The notes under the pieces were generated by a model. That model was not told where the DNA came from and made no database searches. It was given only the letters and a program-made list of their open reading frames with translations. Position numbers and translations under genes: made by a program. Shown here piece after piece: positions 26,876 to 40,700 of a stretch of DNA of 64,000 nt (position 1 is the stretch's first letter; each line of letters starts with the position of its first letter). This DNA comes from Azolla caroliniana (Eukaryota > Plantae > Polypodiophyta): assembly GCA_043228905.1 (NCBI GenBank), contig JBHGNT010000020.1:12152001-12216000 (forward strand). The letters run 5' to 3'.

Positions 26876-28658
26876 ACGTTTTCTGCAATGTCTGTCCTCT
26901 CCTCTGTGTTTTTTGCAATGTAAATGTCTGTTTGCATTTTCTGCAATGTCTGTCCTCTGTGTTTTCTGCAATGCTTGACCCTGTGCGTTTTCTGCCAAAT
27001 CTGATTCCCTGTATCTTTTGCCAAATCTATTCCTCTATGCTTTCTGCCCAGTAAAAATTTCTAGAATGTATATTGTTCTTTCTGCCCTCAACATCTCGTA
27101 TACCTGCTGTCCTAAGACACCATGGAGTCTGAATGGACCGAAAATGAAAAAATGGATCTTAACAGGCATGACGAGGTTCTAGATCCATGGAAGACCTCAA
27201 GAAGATATCATAGATGAAAAGGACGGGATGGAAGCACCCCGAATAGCGTTAGAAGGGCGCACAAGGCACCTAAAACGCAGGCCCCAATCCGACATTCCAT
27301 TTGATGTCGGAAATGGGAAACATGATTTATTACGCCATTTGATTGCGCAAGAGCTCATTCTTATTAGAGAAGATATAGAAATAACACTAAAAGAAGAAAT
27401 GAAAAAGGAGATAGAGAAACAAAAAACAGAATTGTATGCCTCTCTCAAGGCTGAGTTATTAGAATAGATGCGGAAAGACATAATAAGCCATGCGGAGAAA
27501 TCGCACTTAGAGCTCAAGGATGACATGACACAATACCTTAAGGATAAAATATCCTCAAGTAAGGTTGAGTTAGGAGCTATAAAAGTGGATTTAGAAAAAG
27601 GACAAGACACAGTGGAAAGATGGATCTCTACAATGAAAACCAATGTCACTAAGGAAATGCAAACATAGGCAGACATGGCCAAAGATGTCAAAGCTCAAGC
27701 TGGGCACGCCCAAAACGAAATTAAAGCAAATGCTTCTTGGATAGAGGTAGTAAAAAAGCAAAAAGGAACCACTCATACATGTAACACACGAGCTTTCCTC
27801 TTGGCTTCTTCTTCTAATGTAGCATTCATCATTGCCATCCTATCCTTGGATGTTTCCTTTTTGCTTTTTCACTACCTCTATCCAAGGAGCATTTGACTTA
27901 ATCTCGTTTTGGGTGTGCTCAGCTTGAGCTTTGGCATCTTTGGCCATGTCTGCCTATGTTTGCATTTCCACTGTGTCTTGTCCTTTTTCTAAATCCACTT
28001 TTATAGCTCCTAACTCAACCTTATTTGAGGATATTTCATCCTTAAGGTATTGCGTCATGTCATCCTTGAGCTCTAAGTGTGATTTCTTCACATGGCTTAT
28101 TATGTCTTTCTGCATCTCTTCTAATAAGTCAGTCTTGAAAGAGGCATACAACTCTGTTTTCTGTTTCTCTATCTCCTTTTTCATTTCTTCTTTTAGTGCT
28201 ATTTTTATATCTTTGAGAGAAATGGAATGTCGAATGGGGCTTGCGTTCTAGGTGCCTTATGTGCCCTTCTAACGCTATTTGGGGTGCTTCCATCCCGTCC
28301 TTTTCGTCGATAGTATCTTCTTGGGGTCTCCCATGGATCTGAACCCTCGTCGTGTGTTAAGATCCATCTTTTCATTTCTATAAATTTAGACTCCATGGTG
28401 TCTTCGGACAGCATGTACAGGGTATGAAATGTTGAGGGCAGAGGGAACAATATAGATTCCAAGAATTTCTACTGGGCAGAAAACACAAAGGAACAAATTT
28501 GGTAGAAAATGCAGGGAATCAGATTTGGCAGAAAATGCAAAGGATCAAGCATTGCAGAAAACACAGAGGATAGACATTGCAAAGAACGCAAACAGACATT
28601 GACACAGAGGACAAACATTGCAGAAAACGCAGAGACAGAGCCTAAACCCTAAACGCAA

Positions 28659-28707
<49 letters not shown>

Positions 28708-31700
28708 TGTATCAAAGGTGACAAGTTCAAGATATGAGTGAAGTAACAAAATTTGAAGATCATTTGAATCATTGGTTTCTAGGACATGAAAGTAAAAGAG
28801 CATGGAAAATGTTTAATGAGACAACTGACCTCACCTCAAGTGACCGTTGCATATTCATGCCACACAACTGACCTCACCTCAAGTGTGGCATGAATATGTG
28901 TATCCATATAAGGCGTTATAATAATTCATCCAACAATGTATACAAGAACAGAAGTAACAAAAATGTAAATTATAAATATACCAAACTTCATCAATTCTAA
29001 CAATATTCCAGCACAAGCTGTTACAGTGTTTTGATGTCATAGATTAGAAAATGTTATAGGAGACTACGGCATGAAACATGAACAATACCATAAGTTATGA
29101 AGTTTTTCGATGTATGGCAGACTCACCTCTAGTCTCAATGAGACAATTCCTGGCCACACCTGCACTATTGTTTGAAAGGATCCTGTTTGTGAATCATCAT
29201 ATCAGGATATTCTATCAATGTTATCAAAACTGCATAGAACCAGACCCAAACATATTGATAAACAAGCTTACTTGATGTGAGGAGACGGCATCCTATGAGT
29301 GAAATCTGTGTCAAACCCTTGCAGTTTTCTGCAAGTAGGCTTATACTAGCATCGGTCATCCATGCAACACCTCTCTCAAAGCTCAGGCATGTCAAATTAC
29401 TAGAAATGACATGAAAAATGCTGGAAGGGATATCCCCTAAGCAGTAATCCAGTCCGAGTACGCGCAATTTTGGCATGTACTTTAGCAAGTTTAAAATATT
29501 TTCATCAGAAATGGCCTGCCAGTAAGATGCAATAGATCAAAAGATTATTAAAACTCAAACATACAGTACATCATGCTAGCCACTCAGAAATTTGAGTCTG
29601 GCAGCATAATTCATGGCAGTTCAACATTGGTAAATGCTCCAATGACTAGCCTCTGATTAGAAAAAGAAATCTAACAGCAAACCAAGTATCTAATGTGTTT
29701 CCAAAATATCAAATGATTATCAAGTCTAAACCATGAGAACATCAGCCTAGCCCCTGAGGAATTTTGAGACAGAATGTATTGTTGTCCAGGAAATGCAGAC
29801 TCGCAGCATAATTCATGGCAATGCAATGGTCAGTATGCTACAGTGATGGTCTCTAATTCGAAAAAAAAAATCTATCGGTAAACCAAGTATCTAATGTGTT
29901 CCAAAATATTTCTCTTATGTTGCCGTCAAAAGCCATATACATATAAGCTAACAGAAACATTTAATTAACAAATTTTCCATTCAAATTCATGCATTCCATG
30001 GGTCATCAGAAGCCATTTTAGAGGAAGTTTGCAGCCTTGACCAGTTGAACTTTTTTTCACGTACAAGGAGTTTAAACAGAATTCAAAAGAGGTAAAGAAG
30101 ATCATGGCAAAAGAAATAGAGAAGAAATCTTCAAAAACATAATTCGATGTCTAACCTGAAATTTGAGAGAGATTTTTTCAAGTGATGGGCAGATTTCATG
30201 TAGTGTGCTTAGCGTTGACTCTGATAAGATCCCACCAACACCTATGGTCAAACTTTGCAAAGAATAAAGAAGTGGCTTCCATGCCTTCAGTGTTAAGTCA
30301 GAGAATCCCCAACCAACAGCTAAATCCCTCAAACATAACCCTTTGGCATCAGTGAACTGTCCATCAATTTCTCCGATGAAGCAAAAATTAGCTTGTTTGC
30401 ATCCCCTGCTATTTAAGACCTTCAGATTTGGATTCTGATGGAGGATATGACCCAACCCATTCGACACCTGAATATTTCTTTGATGAAGGGATGCAATGTT
30501 GAGTCTATGAATAGTTTCACTAGAGAACATGAATTCAAAATTTATACCTTTGTCTCTTGAAGATTCAATGCTTGTAAGCCTGACCCTCTGAAACTGTGGA
30601 CAGTTTTATCACCTACGCTAGTAAATCCTAAGTTTAAATTTCTTAACAAGGAAGCCTGTTCCACGAGTTTTGCAATTGAATTCTCTTCAAGACCTATTGC
30701 CAAAGAACCAAGATTTCAAATTATTTTCTTGCTATATTCAGTGCTCAACACATGTCTCTAACAATTTGCATTGATGCTTACACAGATTAATGAATACCGA
30801 AGTGGCTTTCCCACAAATCTTCTTCAACGAAAAGAAGACTCTATTCTTAAACTTCAATGGAAATTAAAGACCTCTTCTATAAGTTTACAAATAAAGTGTG
30901 GAAACAAAGTACGTTCTGTGACATAATGACACTCAAAATGTTACAGTTATCAGAGTAAAGAGGAGAAAGACATGCACGAACTATAGCATAAGGTAAGATC
31001 TGATGTTGCTAGACAAAAACAAGCAAGTACGCTTCTTTCTTGAACCTGATATTTTTCAGAGAAATAAAAGAACTATCTATAAGCTTGACGGAGTATCAAG
31101 ATGCATGTCATTCAGAACAACCCCCAAGGATCCTTACAGTCAATGGAAAGTATATGAGTGTTATATGAGATTTATGTATATTAAAATCTACACCTACATG
31201 AAAAGCTTTACATGATAGATTCTTGGCTCAAAAGAAAACTCTGACATCACATTTTTGTATGAGATAACTTTTGCAATTTAGAATTATACAAAGAAATAAA
31301 AATGGAGTTGAATGGAACTAAAAAGGAAGAGAATGTTTTTTGCAACACTTACCCCAACATCCCTCTAGATTAAGATCTGTGAGCATGCAGCAGCTGTTCA
31401 GATGATGCATCTGCTTCTGGATAAGTGAAACACAAGATAATACTCCGAAGGCAGTATATGCAGCTCCCAATGCAATTAAACCATCATAATTAGACAAAAA
31501 ATTAGATAATCCTTTATCTGTTAGTTGACAGCAACCTCCAAGATTTACAGAGGAAATGTTTGGACAGCATTTTGCAATGCGCTTCAGATCTCCATCTACA
31601 TAAACAAATTAATGATTTCAAATATCATAATCATCATGCACATGACTATAACATAATGTACAGCATGCTTATATTTAAGCAAAGGACTTGCCCAATGTAT

Positions 31701-34700
31701 TGCATCTTACAGGTAATGAGTGGAGCAATACTTACCGACTAAACTATTTCGACCATGTAGTGAAAGTGTTGTGAGAAATTTTAATAAGCCATCGTACCAT
31801 CTATATCTGGGATATAAATATTGCACTTCAGAGCCACCAAAAGGTTTGATTGGAGGATTTGCAAAGTATAGAGACAGATCTAATGTTTCAAGGTTTTTAC
31901 AACCAAGAGAGATCTGAGGAAGGATATTAATTCTTAGCTGAGGACAGTGAGAGGCATTTAAGAGCTTCAAGTTTGGGCAAACCAGGCACAACCACATGAC
32001 AAGTCTTTCTTGGTCTAATCTCCAGCATCTCTCCAAGTTCAGTTCAGTAAGGTTTCTTAATGAGAGATCCTCTGACCAATCTTTGTCAAAATACTTCAAT
32101 GAGCTCAGAAACACCTCATCGGAGAAGGCTTTCTGAATACCTGATTGGATTTTCAGAAAAGATTGTGAATCATTGACACATCTTTGCTTAATAATTCGCA
32201 AGACTGCATGGAAAAGCACTGCAGTAGTGATCTGCTGACATCCTGCAAGATCGATTCTCTGCAAAAGTAATGCTTTAATAAAATCATTGATTGTGTATAT
32301 GCTTTTTTAAGATTCAAAATAGTTAAATTTCAAACTACCTCAGTTCCAAAAAGAGAGGTAACCAGCGAGTTATTAACATGGGTGGGCATTGGCTATATGC
32401 TAAACTTGCTTTTGCTGCTCTTTTCAGTAAGAGTGGCTTCAAACCCAAAAAATTAATGGATGCTTGCTCAAACACGAGATGTGTTCCAAATACTAGTATC
32501 ATGTCATGGTTGACATAGAGTATGAAAATGGCGATATTAATCGGTCCTTGCTAAGAAAAGAGAAGCCAAAGGTACTAAAAAAAGAAACTTGACAAGGGAT
32601 CCTATGTTTGTGGGGATCCAAAGCAAAATTTGAATAATTCTAGGGTTTTCCCTTAACTTTTGCAGTTCTATAATGTAGTCATAATTATTTTTGTTTGTTA
32701 ATTTTAAACTAGCCTTAAGCCTCATAGGCCAGTTTGGCCTCTTAAAAAACATTAATATTTTTATTTTCTTTCTGTTACTCTGGAATATCTGTTTTTTTGG
32801 ACAGAGATTACATTAACTGTAAATCAGAATGCCATGTGGCCTAATTCTGAAGGATGTACCAAATAAAACAATTATGTAAGTAGCCAAAGATGACAAGGTA
32901 CCTGAGTTTGCACACATACATGTGGTGGCATGTAATGCCACACAATGTGCCCATGAAGGAACAGGCCTGAATATCCCTATGTTATGCAATCCTAGCTGCT
33001 AACAAAATCTTGATACTATCTGATATAACCTTGAAGACTCCCGCACATGAAGCCAGTTCTTATATTCTAGAAGTGCATGTCTCAAATGTTCCTATGTCAT
33101 CGTCCTTATATTAGTGCACAGTGATAATGACAATAATCAGGAGTTATTCTACTGAAGATCAAACTCCTGTATCATGACGTCCTCCAAAAGGCTTCTGCCA
33201 ATGGTAACCATCATATGCTGAGTGAACTTGGGAGTTTGCAGACATAACAAGAACCTAACATTTGATCATAGGCTTCCTTAGAAAGTATAAGAAAACTCTG
33301 ACCATATCTCATATCCTGGTTTCTCCAATGTCTTGCTTCATGTGACATACCACACCTTTGTGCATTTAAGAAATAGCATTAAATTTCCTTTGTGCATTTC
33401 TGATTTTTCACAATATCACTCAGAATATTCCAATACCCTGAGTAACAAAATTCTAAAGTATAGTTCTTAGATGTGACGATCAGATTTTCTTTAGTACATT
33501 TCAGGACTACTTGTATGTAAATTTGAGTATGTCCAAAAGCCACATTTGAAATGTACAACTTAGTTTTGTCATCAGTCTAGAATATTTTCAAACTCATCAA
33601 ATGCAACCAATTATTATCACAAACATGTTTCTTTCTGTTTCATGTTCCATTCAAATTTATAAACTTCAAAAAATGATTTTGCCTTCTAAAAATGTGCCTA
33701 CTCATGAACTCCAGATTTTTTAATATAGAACTCTAAAATGGAAACTCACCACAGAGTGTTCTGTCATTCGCAATGAAAACTGTTTATTTTCAGCAGTTTC
33801 TAGGCATGTAATTTCTTTGTTTGCTGCTTCTTCCATCAGCAGTGCCAGTTTATCATATCCATTAGCTATTGATACTTGAGGGAGAAGTAAATTTACTGAC
33901 AAACCTTGATACAAATGACCTGTTTAATTTTACAAGAAATGACCACATATTTAATACATATGCTATATTTAATTGCATAGAGTATGTTGAATGCACATCT
34001 ACATGCTCCCAAACACCTTTTCATGATGGTACGTGTTCAAAGTAGCATGTATGTATAAATAGAGTGAATGCATGTGCTAAAGACATCAGAATTATTCACA
34101 TCTAGCATTTTCGTGACTTCTTTAAGCATGAACTAAGGCATATGAACTTGATGTAAAACGTGCACACACTTATTTTATGTAAATATTTCAGCATTTCCAT
34201 GCAGTCAAAGTATCACACTTGCATGTGCAAAATCAGTCCTCTTCATTCTTATGAGGTAGTTGTATTCCCACTTCCCAACTTGTATGCTTGAGTGTATATA
34301 TGTGTGTTATAAATTTTGTGTGTTCTTCGAGCATGTTTATGCATACAGAATGTGGACACAGAAATTTACCTAAGGAGAAATCTAAAGGTAGCAAGAGAAC
34401 TCTTATCTGTGCAAAATGATGGGAAAAGAATTAGAAAAAAGAACTCAACGCAATAAGTTTCAGATTAGAATCAAACATTCATAACGATCAAGAAGCATAG
34501 ATGGGGGAAATCAATCAATCAGATGTAGAAGAGAGTCTAATATAAAATATAAGAACTGGAAATCTAGGAGCTGCAAACTTCATCACGTCAGTTAGAGATT
34601 GAGGCAGGTAGATATGCACAAATACCTCTAGAAGACAGAATTTTCCACTTGTGTCATCAAGGAGTGGAATCTAAAGAACACTATGTTTGTCATTGTAGTG

Positions 34701-37700
34701 TTTTTTATGAAATAAGAGGAAGATACCATTGCTCTTTAAACAAGGCTTTGGCCCACTACGCAAGGTAATGAAATATGAGTACCATCAATGCTTGGGACTT
34801 TTCTTGGTAGAACTCAAGAGACACGTGCAAAAGTTAATGAAGGACAATTGTACAACCACCAAGGTTGTTAGGTACGTTAGGTACGGTATGGATACCATAC
34901 GTATTTAACGTATTAATACATGTATAGTACCTCCCAATTTAAAAATACGTTAAATACGTTTTCTTAATATATTAAATACTTATAAAATACTTATTTTACG
35001 TATAGTACGTTAAATACTTCTAGAATTTGAAAATTATTTACCTTTTTAAAAAATATCTATAATATTGTAAAAAACATCTATGTTTACACAATTTTGTGAT
35101 GTACAATATAGTTCTACATCCTAAAATGCATATAAGACATTTGAACATTTCACGTCCTAAAATACTTGTAGTAATATGGATGTCGACATTCCCTTATTCT
35201 ATAAATCAGTGTAAGTGTGTATCACGATGTTCTACTTCAAATTGTAATTATTTACAATTATGCCTTCATAGATTGAGGAATCTTCTACGATTATCACACT
35301 CATGATAGGTTTCTCTTTTCTTCGTTTTCTTCTTCTTCTTCTTCTATCTACTGCGATTATCACACTCAGGATAGGTTTATGTCTTCTTTTCTCTCTTCTT
35401 CTTCTTCTTCTTCATCGTCGTCTCTTCTATTCTTCTTTCTTCCTTCCTTTGGCTTCTTTTTCACTAAAATCTTTCTTTTCTTTTTCTTTTTGTTAGGGTT
35501 TTACTTACATTTTCTTTATAAATACGTATTATTCCAATTTTTTTATGAATACGTTAAATACCGTATTGGACAAATGTACATGATATTTGACTAAACAACA
35601 TTGAGGTATAGTACGTACTATACAAATGATGAGGTACTATACGTATTTAAACGTAAAATATGGGTACGTAAACAACCATGACAGCCACACAAGTTCATTA
35701 ACAAAGAATAATCACTACTTTGTTTAGCCCCATTACTCCTACTCATGATACAAGTCAAGCAAGGGCTACACAAATGGGCTCCCCACGAGGACATAACGAA
35801 GGAGTTACAATAGATCGAGAAATAACAATTTTCTGTGCATAGGCCCCCACTCCATGGGCCACAATCTGACTATCCTAGTCATCGATAAGTGAAGGATATT
35901 ATCTCTTGCAATTGCAGTTGCTTCCCTTGCTTCTTTTGGATCGACCTATGCTAGAGGATTTTCGAAGACAAAAATTACAATATATCTGATTTGAGAGTCA
36001 TACGTGTACCTATAACAAGATTTTTTAGTTTCTTTTTATCTTATTTACCTTTTTTACTTAGTAACATCTACTTATTTTCATTTGTTGACCCCAAAGATGA
36101 GATACCATTTAAGATGTAATCACTTGTTTGGTTAATGGCCATTTTCGCCTCTTAAAAGACACTAATATATATTTCTTTCATTCTTTCTTTCTAAACCTCC
36201 CCATTTATTTTTCTTATTAAGACTTGCCCCTAGTTTCTATTCTCGCGAGATGAGTTGGTGTCACAAGTGTATCAAATAGCCATAATTTAGTTCGTAGCTC
36301 TAGGAATTGCAAATGTGCACATTGTCTTTCACATCCATGAGAAAGTCAAGCAAAAGCAACCTCCCGTGGGGAGAGTTGATCCCTCTATGCAATGTGATAG
36401 CTCATCTATATAGAGACCGAAGAACAGAATAGAATAGAATAGATGTTTTATTGTTCATGTGGAGGCCAATTTTGACCTATGGAACCAAATCAACGCATCA
36501 TCTTGTATGTGACTCCTTCCTAAGGAGGGCTACTGCTCGGCAATAGTAACTTGAAAATAATGCATGCACATATATGTTCACCCTTCTTGGTAGACATTTA
36601 AGAAGGACGCTTGCATTATCATGACCATCTAATAAGTCATCATATTTCTCATAAATTACCTTATACGCAAAACATGGGATAAGTGATATTCATACCCCAA
36701 TAGGTTTTCATTGCATATCTTCATATTTGGGTGATGATTCCATAATGCTACCTTGACACCTAACTTGTGTGAGCAAGTTTAAAGATGTGTTAAGGCTCTC
36801 CGAGAGCCAAGTCTCATTGGGGTAACGAAATGTAATTGGATACTTTCTAGCATTTTACTTTCATTGGGGCCAGCTCTAGTGGGTTAATATTTGTAATATA
36901 ATGTTCCTATTTTGACTTTTTAGCATCTTGTCACTTCATCCTTAGTGCCTCTAGTAATTTTTCCTCAATGATCACATACTTCATAACATCACTTGAAAGT
37001 TCCAATAGATATTTTACTCCCCATCTCCATTGTTCGTCAACTTGTGCTTCTTTCTTCTTTATTGCTTTTGGTTCTTTTAAGCTTGGCATATTGTATGTTT
37101 GTGATAATCAGGTGTTCAGAGATTGGCATAATACGAGAAAAGATCAAAATAACAGAACTACAATCATGCACCATCATTACTTAGTACTTCAAAAACACCA
37201 ACCTTTTGGAACAATACACAAAAGACCAAGCTGACAGAATCTACATTCATGGATTCATTAATTAGTACATCAAAAACACCAACCTTCTGAAAAAATCTTG
37301 GAGTAATTGAGTGTAATGAAGAGACATTCTTCTCTTGCAAATCTTTGTGTTGTCCCTCATACATTGTCCAACATAAGCCCGAAAATATTGTCTTCTCTGA
37401 AAGATAGCCACTAGAATTATGCTGGTAGAAAAGCCAGTTCAATATGATTTCACATAGAGCTTTTTCACTGCAAAGAATGAAATATATCTTAACGTCTTTT
37501 AAGAGGCTAAAATGGCCTATAAGACCAAACAACAGATTAAATCTCATAATATTGTCTCATCTTTGAGAAAGAATAAACCAAATTCCACAAAAATATTAGC
37601 CCGATGAACAGTAGCGTAGAAACTTACTTCATAATAAATAATACTTTGCCCACTCACACCAAACACTGAAGAGCAATAACGGATGAAGTGATAAGAAAGA

Positions 37701-40700
37701 AACTCTCGTCCAAGAATGCACATTCATATTACAATATTGAGTTTAAACTAACTGAATGCCCTTTACTACCAGTTGAAGGTCATCCCTGAATTTCCTCATA
37801 CTAATGGTTTGAAACCTCAACAACAAATCCCAATACGTCAAGGGCTATGAATTTTAAGCATAGCTTAAAACCTAATGCTGATGCACATGTTAGAGAATAA
37901 CAGATCCAGTGCTTTACCAAAGAAACATCCACTTGTCACAAAAAAACAAAGAGAGGAAGATATATTAACACTATTAGAGGCCAAAATCATTCTATGACAA
38001 ATCATGATAACAAATATGGGTGGATTCAAAAATATAAAAACTCTACGTTTCTTAGAGCTCCATGATCGTGAACTTTACGCATGTGGTGGAATGATTTGGA
38101 GATGATTTACAAGTGTCAAGCATACAAATAATATATATGAGAGTGTTGGTAACTGGACTCGTATTGTAGGTAGGTTGGTGCAGTGAAATAAAGCTATGAT
38201 GAATTTGAACAAGTGCATTTGGGTTTCCTCGTGCAGATTGGACATGGTGATCAATGATCTCATGACAGTATGGCCCATGTGCCGTATATCCTAATACTCA
38301 TGGTCTCCATCATTTCAGCATTCCTCTACACGCTCTATGGTGACTCCTCTGCACATTGTTAGTGGAGATAAGGAGCTATGGAACGAATTATGATGTGTGA
38401 TTGTTGTTGCATCCTTCATGCTAATATAAGTTGATTCCCTATGCTTTTGAAACAAGATTTGGCAAAATTGCCGTGGGCCAGCCTTCTCCAACATTGTTGA
38501 ATGGTGGAGTTTGCATAGAGGGTGGCATACTTCTCTCTAATGTGGTTAAAAGATGAGTTCCTACACACAAAATGTTCCTCGCTTTCAACCTCTGCTTCAC
38601 ACAATTTGCAAAATGTTTCAATTCTAGGCTCACGTCTTTGAGAGATAGTGCAATGAATAAAACTCTTATCTTTAAGAGCTTGATTCAGATCCACATGTAT
38701 CTAGCCTGTACATCTCATTCTGTTAACCTTGACTAGATGTAAGGATTGTCAAAAGAGAATTGTGATACTGCCCAATCCTTGTCAAGCATAGACCTTTATC
38801 TAGGATCTAGTGTGTCTCTGTAATGACGCGAATGTCTCACATGACCTCTTCCAATCTTCCAAAGTATGTCCAGAGTGCTTCATTGCACTTCCAAACTGGC
38901 CATTCATAATGATGCAACAATCTCACTCAGATAGTCTTCTTGCATTTCTTGCATGCTTGCATGATCCCTGGCATATATTGTTTTCCATGGCCAATTTGCA
39001 TATTTGTTATTCATCATCAAGGAAGATAGGGGGGGCCATCCAACCCCATTAGTATGACTACCTTTTTGAATAAGGAGACGCTTTCTGATTCATCCAGATA
39101 TTGTTATGAGTGCTTGAGCTTTAGTGGTGTTATCACCCCACTCTCCAAGATGTGGTTACTGGGGTTGCTTCTTCCTTAATGTACCTGAGGTTGGTACACA
39201 GTGTCCTTCCTTCTTAGTCGATGGTGTCGTTTGGTGATTGCCAAATGCCCGTGACTCACACATGAGTTGTCTCACAAGTATGCTTCTTTGTCATGAACTT
39301 GTTTCTTAGCCACCTCTACCCATCCTTACTCGTTGCCTCAATTTCCATTTTTATTCCTTTAACTACTTTAGCCCAACCTTTCTTTTGTTCAAATTTAATG
39401 TCGTCTAAGTTGTTTACTTCAACTTCTTTGGTTAAGGCGAATTCTACCTTTATCTCCTCTTTAACAACTTCCACCCACCCTTTTCTAAATTCGACTTTGC
39501 GTTCTCTAGTTTAGGGTTAATTTCACCCTCTTCATTCTTTGCAATCTTCGCCTACATTGCTCCATATTCAATTCCAAGGTATTTGCTGTCTTCTTCAAGA
39601 ACAAAGATTCATGCATTTCCTGCATTGATTGTGTCTGAGTTCTTATTTGAATATATCAAATCACACAATGTTTTCTTAAGGTTCATTAAAGGTCCATCCA
39701 TCGTCTCGATGCTTAATATGGGTTGGGTGGTGTTTGTTGAAGGTAGGGTGAGTGGTTGTATAAAGGGAGAGAAATATGGTTACTCATACATAGGTGAAAG
39801 ACGGGAAAAGGAACCCAAAAATGCAACCATAAAAAACCTAAAATGCAAGAAAAAGACGTATTCAATACCAAACAAGAAAGAAACCCTAGAAACAGAATGT
39901 AACAAAACTCTAAACCATGGAAAGAAACGCTAACAAGCTAAAATCTTAAAATGCAACAAACACCCTAAAACGTACCAAGAAACCCTAAAATGAGAGAGAG
40001 TTGTAGATTGAATACAATAGCAATAGGCATGCATAATGCACAAGTGACATCATGGATAACGAAAACTAATTTTACTCCATGCTTAACAACTTTCAACAAC
40101 TTATTTAAAACATTGGAAGACACAAAATCATTCACAAAACTAACCTCATAACAGTCAATTGGTTATGGTTTAAGCACGCATCCACTAATACAGGTGACAG
40201 ATCCTGAAGATAAATTCCACTTGCCACAGCTTCCTGTTATGAAAGGTTGTATAAATTAATCAAGAAAAAAATTAATTGAAGTACTTTCAAGCATCACGTG
40301 GAGCAGTTAATGCAGCTTTTATGCTGCCAAAATGGCATGATAAGGAATGATCTTAGACATTCATATTACTAACGAATGATCTTAGACATTCATATTCCTA
40401 GATAACGGCAAAAATGGCACGTAATGATAACGCAACATTCATATTCCTAGACAGGAATTGAACAAGTTCCCCTATGACTGACCATATTAGTTACCATTTT
40501 TAATAGTTGTTAGAACATCAGAAATATTACAAAATCTGCATTAACGACCTTATAACTCATGCCCATATGGAAACAAAATGCTGAAGAGATAAAGACAGAT
40601 AAACAGAAATACACTTGTAAGGAAGAAAGATAAGCTACTTTGTGAAGAAATGTTTGTCTTACAAAGTTGATGGCAATAGATTCTACACAAATATCAGCAA

